Shown here: one piece after another, positions 1-8,258 of the stretch
How positions within the stretch are numbered: position 1 is the stretch's first letter
Layout: each line of letters begins with the position of its first letter
Origin: Bacteroidales bacterium
GTDB lineage: Bacteria; Bacteroidota; Bacteroidia; Bacteroidales; UBA10428
DNA: 64,000 nucleotides
Reading direction: 5' to 3'
Assembly (NCBI GenBank): GCA_016936215.1
Contig: JAFGPL010000150.1
Location: 5,262 to 69,261 of the forward strand
Translations under genes and position numbers: made by a program
Notes under the pieces: generated by a model
Databases searched by the model: none
What the model was told of the DNA's origin: nothing
What the model saw: the letters and a program-made list of their open reading frames with translations, nothing else

Positions 1-1514
1 ATTTTACAACTTTAGATGGCACCAAAGTACGCTCAAAATCCGAGCAATTCATTGCTGATTGGCTTTACAGGCATAATATAAAATATGAATACGAACCTTT
101 ACTGAATATTAAGGACTTTTCATTTCACCCAGATTTTTATATACCCGAAGCTAATTTATATATTGAACACGTAAGTGATAAAAGCTATTCTATTAAAAAC
201 AAAGAAGAACAATTTCATAAGGGGAACCTTTTGCTGGTGAAGACTTTTGAGAATATGACAAAAGATTCGGCATTATTTAACCATATACTCGATAATATTG
301 TTAAAAGCCGTTTGCCTTCAAATTATCAAAAAACAATACACCTTTCATTTAAAGAAGAATTTAATGGTTACCATGAGGATGTTAAAGACTTCGTTCAGCA
401 AATTATGCGCATTACCGACATGATCAAGGTCGAAAACATTCAAACAGACTGTGTTTTGCAGAAAGCAAGAAACGATCAGCACGAAAGGGTGCGGATTTTT
501 TACGAGCTGGCCATCCCGATTTTAAATAAATATATTAGCTATTGTATTAACAAATCATATCTCGATTTTAATGATTTAATTTCAAGAACGACTTCGTTAT
601 TTACCAATCATAGAGACATTGCCAATAAATACAGAAATAAATACCAGTATATTCTTGTAGATGAATTTCAGGATGTTAATAGTTTACAGGTTGAATTAAT
701 AAAACTCTTGATAACTGAAAAAACCCAACTCTTTTGTGTCGGGGATGATTGGCAAAGCATTTATGGTTTCAGGGGTTCAAACGTAAATTATATTGTTGAG
801 TTTGAAAAACATTTTAAAAATGCAAAGGTTATAAAATTGAATTTAAATTACAGGAGCACACAAAATATTGTTGAAGCGAGCAATGAGGTTATCAAATACA
901 ATAAATATAAAATAGATAAAGATTTAAAAGCTTCAAAAAGATCAGAACATAAAATTGTTGTTTTTGCCGGTGGTAGTGAAGATGAAAATATCCGGTTTTG
1001 TGCTGATAAAGTAAATGAATTACTGGAGGAAGGATTAAAAAATGATGATATTCTATTTTTATATCGCAGAAGCAAGATGTTCTCTCCCTATTTTAATCAT
1101 TTCAGGAAGGAAGGTATAAAAGTTCAGGCAAAAACAATACATGCCTCAAAAGGCCTTGAAGCAAAAGTAGTTTTTATTATCGGCCTGACTGAAGGAAATG
1201 GAGGTTTTCCTGATATTTGGCTTGAAGACAGGATATTTCAGATAATAAAAAAAGCAAACCATGATTTACTTTTAGAGGAAGAAAGGCGTTTGTTTTATGT
1301 AGCCATAACAAGGGCAAAAGATAAACTTTTTTTAATCACAGAAAAAGGCAATGAGTCGGGATTTCTTAAGGAGATTCCTGAAATTTTTACTGTTAGGTCA
1401 TCTATTCCAATGAAATCGGTTATAGAAAAAGTAGTATTATGCGAGAATTGTTTCAGCCAGTTGGAGAACCTTTGGGTGGTGTGCCCATATTGTGGCCATA
1501 AACGGCAAAACTGA
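1..1514 (+). CDS. SF1 (UvrD/Rep-like) DNA helicase, 3' portion, with an internal PD-(D/E)xK-like nuclease module and a C-terminal zinc ribbon; the 5' end lies outside the window
   Basis: Frame 3 is open from nt 3 into the 231..1514 ORF. Helicase motifs are 'YILVDEFQDVN', 'GDDWQSIYGFRG', 'LNYRSTQNI' and 'VAITRAKDKLF'. A nuclease-like pattern 'RSKSEQFIADWL..HPDFYIP..LYIEH' lies in the first ~170 nt. 'CENC-x10-CPYC' sits at the C-terminus. Confidence 0.8.
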   Translation, partial: FTTLDGTKVRSKSEQFIADWLYRHNIKYEYEPLLNIKDFSFHPDFYIPEANLYIEHVSDKSYSIKNKEEQFHKGNLLLVKTFENMTKDSALFNHILDNIVKSRLPSNYQKTIHLSFKEEFNGYHEDVKDFVQQIMRITDMIKVENIQTDCVLQKARNDQHERVRIFYELAIPILNKYISYCINKSYLDFNDLISRTTSLFTNHRDIANKYRNKYQYILVDEFQDVNSLQVELIKLLITEKTQLFCVGDDWQSIYGFRGSNVNYIVEFEKHFKNAKVIKLNLNYRSTQNIVEASNEVIKYNKYKIDKDLKASKRSEHKIVVFAGGSEDENIRFCADKVNELLEEGLKNDDILFLYRRSKMFSPYFNHFRKEGIKVQAKTIHASKGLEAKVVFIIGLTEGNGGFPDIWLEDRIFQIIKKANHDLLLEEERRLFYVAITRAKDKLFLITEKGNESGFLKEIPEIFTVRSSIPMKSVIEKVVLCENCFSQLENLWVVCPYCGHKRQN

Positions 1515-1681
1515 TAGATTTTTAGAAAAGCAGATATAAAATCCCATATAAAATACGATCGAATCGGTGCAATTCTCATCATTGATTTCACGTCAGATAT
1601 TTTTCCTGCCGAATTCTCCTGTATTATTAGAATTTTCTGTAGGTTGTTTACTTCTCATTCAATCTTATAAAGGAATAATAT

Positions 1682-3838
1682 TTAAGGCATCTTTGCCAGA
1701 TTTTCCCACCTCACTTTCCACTGGTCGTTTTTAGGGATTCCCGGGTTTTCAATCTCACAACCATCCCATCCTGCACACATCATTGCCACGGTAGTAAGCA
1801 GGCCGCCATTTCCGGGAAGATAGATTCGCAGCCTCTGATCCTGGTAATTGTGCCCGTTTGCCAGGAATGTGTTTTTGGGGATATCCATAAATAATGCATC
1901 TATAGCTTTTTCAGGAAGCCCTAACCGTGTGGCAGTCATGGCTGTGAGGGGGAAATCCCATCCCCATGTCTTTTCCCATTGCCAGTTGTCCCAGATATAA
2001 TTGAATGTCTTATGCATTACCGATGTATCTACTAGCGGAGTAAGCGGTAGTTTGCCAAGTGCCCCGAAAACGGCCGGATGGTCATAATTATGTTTTTCAG
2101 TATAGGAATCAGGGGCACTTTCGGCGAGAAGATAAATACCTTCTGAAATAGCCAGTGGAGAAAGCTTATTTATTATACTGTCCCATTCAGGATTTCTGGA
2201 CATGCCCATTCTCTCTCGCCATTTTTGTGCCGTTGACAATCCCCAGTGCCAATAGGCAAGTTCGTATGGTGGATTGAAAGTTACTTCGGGTTTAAAACAC
2301 TCCTGGGCAGGAATCATTGGCGGGCCGAGCACATACCTGTCATTTAGCTCATCATAATGAGCAAACGAGGCCATAAAATCGGCGGTTTCAAATACCAGTC
2401 CGGCATATTTTTTTAGTGTAAGACTGTCCTGACGGTGCCTGTAACACAGTTCGGCAAAATAAATAAAGTGTGGTTGCTGCCAGATGAGGAAAGGCCCTAT
2501 GCCGGAAGGGCTGTCAATACCGGTAAGGTCAGTCATTTTTGGCCATCTTAAGCCTTTAAAACCTTGTCTTGCAGCAGTTTTTCTTGCTTCATCGGCAATT
2601 AGCGCGTAATAACCAAGGCTTTTTTCAAGCAGTTCGACACGGTTCCAAAGGGCATAATGTACCGCATGCCACCAGTGCATTTCAAGATGAAATTTACCAA
2701 ACCAGCTATTAAAGGTAAGGCCTGTTTCCTGGGGGGGATAATTGCCTGCACATTGCACTTTCATAAGGTATTGAGAAAGAATTATCCTGCGTTCGAGTTC
2801 AAATGCCCGTGGGTCTTTGCTTCCAAAAAAGTCAATGGCGCCGCCGGTATTCCAGAATTCTTTCCATTTGTCAATACTGTTGGTTTCAACTGCTAAAAAT
2901 TTGGCTACATCCGGATTATTGTCTTCCGGAGAAAATAAGCATGAAAAGGAAAATTCATCCTCGTTTGTATCTGGATTAATAAGAAAATAATGAGGTGCAT
3001 GTTGTATTATTTCGGCTTTTTTTTCTGTCCTTAAAGACACGTAATAGGTTGTGGAGTCAATGGTTCTTTGTATGGTGGCATAATTGTCGCCGGTTTTGAT
3101 AAACACCGAACTATGTTTTTGCGGTTTCGTCCAGTCACATCCGCTGTCCACATGCTTACCTGTTGGGTAAGGGAATTTAAGCCGTATTTTTATCCTGCTG
3201 GTTTTCAGCAGTTCAGACTTTATTTGTGCGCTTATTATATCAAGTTCCTGGTGGCAATAGGTAGTAACTTCAACAGGATATTTCCCGATTTTAAAAAAGC
3301 TCTTTATCTCTCCTTTCCACATGTTAAGTTGTTGCCGGATAGAGGTGATTTTTTCAGGGGATATCTCCCTTCCGGATTCATCGTATATTTCTAACCCGAC
3401 AATGCCGAGATGCAGCCGGTGCGGATTTTGCCGCAGGTAATCCGAAGCTGTTTTTTTTCTTTCAGGATGCTGCCACTGGTAATTAAAGGTGACTTGGCGG
3501 CCATAAAAGTCGTATTCTTTAAGTATTTCCTCATATTCAAATCCGGAGGTATCAGGAAAACTATGCCATCCCCATTCAGATTGTGTTCCAAGACTGATGC
3601 CTTTTTCATAAAGTCCCGGGAATGTTTGAAGTCCGGTGGCATCAACCGTAAAAGCAAACGAACCATTACCAACTGTTAAGGAAGCCAGCGAATCGAATTT
3701 TTCAACTTTCACGGTATGTCTTTTAACAAGGGCCTCCCTGTCAATCTTCATGTGGGCCCTATCAATTTTATCTTTACATGAACTTAATATCATGACAGAC
3801 AACAAAATGATAATAGGTGAAACTATTTTCTTAACCAT
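1682..3838 (-). CDS. Large lipoprotein, putative glycoside hydrolase of unassigned family (possibly an (alpha/alpha)6-type catalytic domain)
   Basis: The first ATG at 3838 gives 'MVKKIVSPIIILLSVMILSSCKD', a lipoprotein signal with Cys. The sequence is W/H/Y-rich and carries 'SQYLMKVQCAGNYPPQETGLTFNSWFGKFHLEMHWWH'. The layout recalls GH95-like catalytic domains only loosely. The function is inferred mainly from the CAZyme neighbourhood. Confidence 0.4.
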   Translation of the reverse strand: MVKKIVSPIIILLSVMILSSCKDKIDRAHMKIDREALVKRHTVKVEKFDSLASLTVGNGSFAFTVDATGLQTFPGLYEKGISLGTQSEWGWHSFPDTSGFEYEEILKEYDFYGRQVTFNYQWQHPERKKTASDYLRQNPHRLHLGIVGLEIYDESGREISPEKITSIRQQLNMWKGEIKSFFKIGKYPVEVTTYCHQELDIISAQIKSELLKTSRIKIRLKFPYPTGKHVDSGCDWTKPQKHSSVFIKTGDNYATIQRTIDSTTYYVSLRTEKKAEIIQHAPHYFLINPDTNEDEFSFSCLFSPEDNNPDVAKFLAVETNSIDKWKEFWNTGGAIDFFGSKDPRAFELERRIILSQYLMKVQCAGNYPPQETGLTFNSWFGKFHLEMHWWHAVHYALWNRVELLEKSLGYYALIADEARKTAARQGFKGLRWPKMTDLTGIDSPSGIGPFLIWQQPHFIYFAELCYRHRQDSLTLKKYAGLVFETADFMASFAHYDELNDRYVLGPPMIPAQECFKPEVTFNPPYELAYWHWGLSTAQKWRERMGMSRNPEWDSIINKLSPLAISEGIYLLAESAPDSYTEKHNYDHPAVFGALGKLPLTPLVDTSVMHKTFNYIWDNWQWEKTWGWDFPLTAMTATRLGLPEKAIDALFMDIPKNTFLANGHNYQDQRLRIYLPGNGGLLTTVAMMCAGWDGCEIENPGIPKNDQWKVRWENLAKMP

Positions 3839-3868
3839 GGCAGAATTCAAGTTTTAAAATGAATTTTT

Positions 3869-6703
3869 TTATAACTGCAAGATACCAAAAAAGAAATAAA
3901 TTGTCCTCGAAAAAGTACCGTCGACATTGTTTTTAAAACTTTGTGGTCCCAGAAGTTCAGGGTGCATGTTTATTTTTTTGCTCATTTTGGTACCTGTTGG
4001 GGGAATATGCTCAAGAAATGAAATACTTCCCGGGGGCAATTCAGGATGATGGGTTATTCCCGGAAGACTGTAAAAGTCAAATAACCTTACAAAAAGATTT
4101 TCCTGCGGCGAAGCAATAAATATTTTTCCTTCCACGGTGTTAAGTTCCATCCAGGCAATATCTGAATAGTATCCTTTAAATTCAGGATAATGCCAGGGTG
4201 AATACCCGGTTACTGTATTGTTATATGCATTTTGCCATATATTGAGGGTAACGCCATACATTCGGTTTTTCCATACCCTGTATGGCCCGTTTCCAAGCCA
4301 TTTTGCACTCATTATGTGGTCTTCCGGAAAATTGAAACTTATCCCGGTGTAATGATACTCTCCGCTTAAGCTGAATTGATAATTCATTTCAACAAGGCTG
4401 TTGCTGTATACCTTCCATCTTACAGTTTTTAAACCACCTGTATAACCTGCCTCAAGCACATATCCTTCTTTTTCGGAATAACCCTTGAAACTGCTGAGCT
4501 TTTCACCACCTGTTGCCATAACAGGTCCATTGTTAAAACTCATGGGGGTACCACCTGTGCTTGTTACCTTGATTATTTTACCATCTCTTTTATCGAAGGC
4601 TATTGAGAATTTTTTAACACTAACTTTTACAATCGTATCGTTTTCATCTATTTGCATTTCATTATCACAGTCGAAGGAGATGAATTGCTTCAAAATTTCT
4701 TTATTATTTTTAATTTTCCATCTCCAAGACAAAATTTCGTTCTGATAAGGATCGAAGGCTTTTATAAAAAGTGCATCCGACTTTTTCCATTCATTGGGTA
4801 ACAGTAATCTAAGAACACCTTTTTCACCGGGTTGAAGGTCAGGTCCTTGTACTGTATCCTGCACAACAGTTTTAAAGCCCGGGTGGTTATCGTTGGGAGT
4901 ATGAAAATTAACCAGCATCCATTCAAAGTAGCATTGGTTTAGGTTGGTAAATTCGTACCTGTTTTCTACAGTAATAGTTCCGCTAAAATCTTCAGGTAAT
5001 TTATCCATTGCAATATAAACAGGAGAAAGTATTTCTTTAATGGCGTAAAAACTCGCTTCCTTTTGCCGGTAGGGGCCGACCAAACCATCGGGGGCGTTCA
5101 CCCCGTTCACGTCAATGGTATTATTCATATCTGTGCGTACAATGCCTTCGTCGAGAAATGCCCATAAAAAACCGCCGGCAGACAGCGGGGAATTTCTCAT
5201 GAGTTCCCAATAGTCGTACAAACCTGCACCGCCTCCGCCATCGTTCTGGCAGTGCAGAAACTCTGTGGTCATATAAATGGTTTGACCTGCAAGAATTTTC
5301 TTTACTCCTTCATAATTTTCATAATGGTTGCAGTCTATACCGCTAAAAGCATTTCCAGGTCGGTGATGAGCGTGAATTACCTTTCGTTTTGAGGGATCAT
5401 AAAGGGTAAAATCATCATCCAGTTCTAAGTTATGGCCGCCTTCATTACCATTGCTCCAGAATATAACAGAGGGGTGGTTAACATCACGCATCACCATCTC
5501 TTTCACTAAAATTGCCCCAGCTTTTGAATCGTAAGCATTCTGCCATCCGGCAAGTTCATCCAGTACATATAATCCCAGTGAATCACAGATCTCAAGAAAA
5601 CTTTTGTCGGGCGGGTAATGCGAACACCTAACGGCATTCATGTTCATCTCTTTGATAAGTTTTACATCCATCAGATCAATGTCGCGGTTGATGGTCCTGC
5701 CGCTTTCGGGCCAGAAAACATGCCGGTTAATTCCTTTCATCTTCACCTTTGTATTGTTGATGTATATCCCGTCTCCAGGCCTTACTTCAATGGTGCGAAA
5801 ACCAAATCTTTCTGATATCTGGTAAAGAACTTTTTTATCCTGATCGCATAATGCTGCATGTACCTTATACAAATTGGGTGTTTCTGCCGTCCATTTTTTT
5901 GGGTTTTCAATATTCATGTTCACAATCACCAGCGTATCAGACGGTTTTACAGGGCTGGTATTTGTTCCGACAATTTTTCCGTTTGAGTCAGTTATTTCAG
6001 TGTATATCAACCGTTTGTAATTAAGGCCAGTGGTATAAACCTGCATCAGAAAAGAACCATCTGCTTTAGCCGCAATTGCAATATGCGGAATATGTTCTTT
6101 CGGGAATGCTTCAAGATAAACCGGCCGGTAAATCCCTCCAAAGATCCAGTAATCAGCATACCTTTCTGCACGGTTCACCGAGACGTTCGAAGACATTTTA
6201 CTTACGGTGACTTCAAGCAGGTTGGTATCTGCTACATTCAGTTTATCGGTAATATCGTATTTAAACCTGTAAAACGAACCCTGGTGAACAGGCCCTGCTG
6301 CCATGCCATTTATTTTAACTTCGGTATCGGTCATTGACCCTTCAAAAACAATATTTACATTTTTATCATTCCATTCATGGGGAACTGTAAATTTCAACTT
6401 GTAAATACCCTTTTCATCAGCATATTTAAATTCTCTGCCATAGGTATTATAGTCCCTCCCGTAGTTGTAAGTACCGAAACCCTGCTGCTCCCAGCACGAA
6501 GGTACTTCAATGGTGGTCCAGAACCCGCTGTTGCGTCCACCTGTACAGAAGAAATCCCATATCACAGTATGATTGTAGCCGGTACCGGAAAGGTATTGTA
6601 CCTGTTTATGAATGTTTCCGGGACCCTGCCCATAGGATAATGTATTCATCATCAATCCTGTAAGCATTACCACAAATATTACACTCAGAATTTTTTTCAT
6701 CAT
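3869..6703 (-). CDS. Glycoside hydrolase family 2 (beta-galactosidase/beta-glucuronidase-like), secreted
   Basis: Signal peptide 'MMKKILSVIFVVMLTGLMMNTLSYGQ'. GH2 TIM-barrel motifs 'NAVRCSHYPPDKSFLEICDSLGLYVLDE' and 'NHPSVIFWSNGNEGG'. Confidence 0.85.
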   Translation of the reverse strand: MMKKILSVIFVVMLTGLMMNTLSYGQGPGNIHKQVQYLSGTGYNHTVIWDFFCTGGRNSGFWTTIEVPSCWEQQGFGTYNYGRDYNTYGREFKYADEKGIYKLKFTVPHEWNDKNVNIVFEGSMTDTEVKINGMAAGPVHQGSFYRFKYDITDKLNVADTNLLEVTVSKMSSNVSVNRAERYADYWIFGGIYRPVYLEAFPKEHIPHIAIAAKADGSFLMQVYTTGLNYKRLIYTEITDSNGKIVGTNTSPVKPSDTLVIVNMNIENPKKWTAETPNLYKVHAALCDQDKKVLYQISERFGFRTIEVRPGDGIYINNTKVKMKGINRHVFWPESGRTINRDIDLMDVKLIKEMNMNAVRCSHYPPDKSFLEICDSLGLYVLDELAGWQNAYDSKAGAILVKEMVMRDVNHPSVIFWSNGNEGGHNLELDDDFTLYDPSKRKVIHAHHRPGNAFSGIDCNHYENYEGVKKILAGQTIYMTTEFLHCQNDGGGGAGLYDYWELMRNSPLSAGGFLWAFLDEGIVRTDMNNTIDVNGVNAPDGLVGPYRQKEASFYAIKEILSPVYIAMDKLPEDFSGTITVENRYEFTNLNQCYFEWMLVNFHTPNDNHPGFKTVVQDTVQGPDLQPGEKGVLRLLLPNEWKKSDALFIKAFDPYQNEILSWRWKIKNNKEILKQFISFDCDNEMQIDENDTIVKVSVKKFSIAFDKRDGKIIKVTSTGGTPMSFNNGPVMATGGEKLSSFKGYSEKEGYVLEAGYTGGLKTVRWKVYSNSLVEMNYQFSLSGEYHYTGISFNFPEDHIMSAKWLGNGPYRVWKNRMYGVTLNIWQNAYNNTVTGYSPWHYPEFKGYYSDIAWMELNTVEGKIFIASPQENLFVRLFDFYSLPGITHHPELPPGSISFLEHIPPTGTKMSKKINMHPELLGPQSFKNNVDGTFSRTIYFFFGILQL

Positions 6704-6957
6704 TCTGTTAAGTTTTATTTTAATCTTTCCCGATACTTAAAAAGTTAAATTAACAAAAAAATGGTCAAACAGTGTAAAAACTGTTTATGATTATCTTAGA
6801 TCAGCATAATATTTATTAAATCATATCTGTAACTTCATAGCGGTATAGTGGTTCATGTTTTGATGATAATAGCTATATTTGATATTTAATTCTTTGCTAA
6901 AGAATATGATAAAAACAATTTACAGAATTTATTAACTAAAACTAAGGAGGGGGAAAA

Positions 6958-8196
6958 ATGCAGCGGTTAATTATTTTAATATTTTGTAGTTTGGTTGTCA
7001 TTCAGGTTTCCGGACAAATAAAAAATCCGGATGAAGCTATTGTGAGGACGATAGCTGACAGGATTATTGAAAATACAACATTTGCATACAGGGATGCAGT
7101 ATCGGGCAAAATTTTTCAAAATGCCAATGAAATACCAGAAAATGTAGAGGTAAGGTTTGCCGACCATTTTACAGAGTGGGGATATACCTTGGGAGTACTG
7201 AACATGGCGATGATCAACCTTGGGGCCTTCCTGAAGGATGAAAAATATACCAATCATCCCATAAAGCATGTGGCCAACGGAATGGAAAACTACGAATTTT
7301 TTCAGAAACGGTTTAAAAATGACAGGCCTCATTATCGCTGGCCATATGGGCAGCTTTGGGCAATGAAAGAACTGGATGATTGCGGCGCTATGGGAGCCAG
7401 TGTTATCGAAGTGAATAATATTGTAAATAATAAGCAGTATCGGGATTATATTGATAAAAGCGCAAATCATATCATGAAGGTTCAGGACCGGCTGCCTGAC
7501 GGAACATTGGTGCGCAAAGGCCCGCATGAAATGACCCTTTGGGCAGATGACCTGTATATGTGTGTTCCTTTCCTTGCCAGGATGGGCAATCTTACTGGTG
7601 ATAAAAAATATTTTGACGATGCCTTGAAGCAGGTTTTTAATTTTACCAATTACCTGTGGCATCCCGGAAAGGAGCTTTACTACCATTGCTATTACAGTGA
7701 TCTTGACCGCAATGGTGTTGCCCACTGGGGACGTTGTAACGGCTGGATTATGATGGCGCAGGTTCACCTGATGAATTTCTTACCAAAAGACCATCCGCAG
7801 CGGGAAACATTGCTTAAAAATCTTGAGCGTCAGATTCTGGGAATTGCCAAGTACCAGAATGGAGACGGACTGTGGCACCAGGTGCTGGATAAACCGGATT
7901 CATATACCGAATCATCCTGCACGGCCATGTTTGTTTATTCCATCGCCAGGGCGGTTAATGAAGGATGGATTGACAAGCGCTATGCCACCATTGCATTGCG
8001 CGGCTGGGACGGCCTGAAAGAGCATAAAATAACTGTTGATGGAAATCTGAAAGACATTTGTGTCGGGACAGGAATTGAGGACAATCTGGTGTTTTATTAC
8101 AACAGACCGGCACGTACCGGTGAAACACATGGTCTGGGAGCCATTATTGATGCCGGGATTGAAATAGTCAAGCTGAAAAAATCAATGGGAAGATAA
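6958..8196 (+). CDS. GH105/GH88-type unsaturated rhamnogalacturonyl (glucuronyl) hydrolase, secreted
   Basis: Signal peptide 'MQRLIILIFCSLVVIQVSGQ'. Motifs 'LWADDLYMCVPFLARMG' and 'HWGRCNGW' are typical of the YteR/GH88-105 fold. A strong SD-like 'AAGGAGGGGG' lies 7 nt upstream of the ATG. Confidence 0.8.
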   Translation: MQRLIILIFCSLVVIQVSGQIKNPDEAIVRTIADRIIENTTFAYRDAVSGKIFQNANEIPENVEVRFADHFTEWGYTLGVLNMAMINLGAFLKDEKYTNHPIKHVANGMENYEFFQKRFKNDRPHYRWPYGQLWAMKELDDCGAMGASVIEVNNIVNNKQYRDYIDKSANHIMKVQDRLPDGTLVRKGPHEMTLWADDLYMCVPFLARMGNLTGDKKYFDDALKQVFNFTNYLWHPGKELYYHCYYSDLDRNGVAHWGRCNGWIMMAQVHLMNFLPKDHPQRETLLKNLERQILGIAKYQNGDGLWHQVLDKPDSYTESSCTAMFVYSIARAVNEGWIDKRYATIALRGWDGLKEHKITVDGNLKDICVGTGIEDNLVFYYNRPARTGETHGLGAIIDAGIEIVKLKKSMGR

Positions 8197-8205
8197 TGCT
8201 TCAGC

Positions 8206-8241
8206 AAACTTTCCAAAAGTTACAGAACTTTTGGAAAGTTT
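8206..8241. terminator. Bidirectional hairpin terminator between convergent GH105 and GH112 genes
   Basis: Perfect 15-bp stem 'aaactttccaaaagt' / 'acttttggaaagttt' with the 6-nt loop 'tacaga'. It is A/T-rich on both flanks. Confidence 0.7.
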
Positions 8242-8258
8242 AATAGGATTATCACCAA

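Noticed and set aside
6976-7767. 263-aa ORF antisense to the GH105 gene
   Set aside because: It lies entirely inside a well-supported coding region on the opposite strand. Its translation is low-complexity and motif-free. It is best explained as a stop-free shadow frame of the sense gene.
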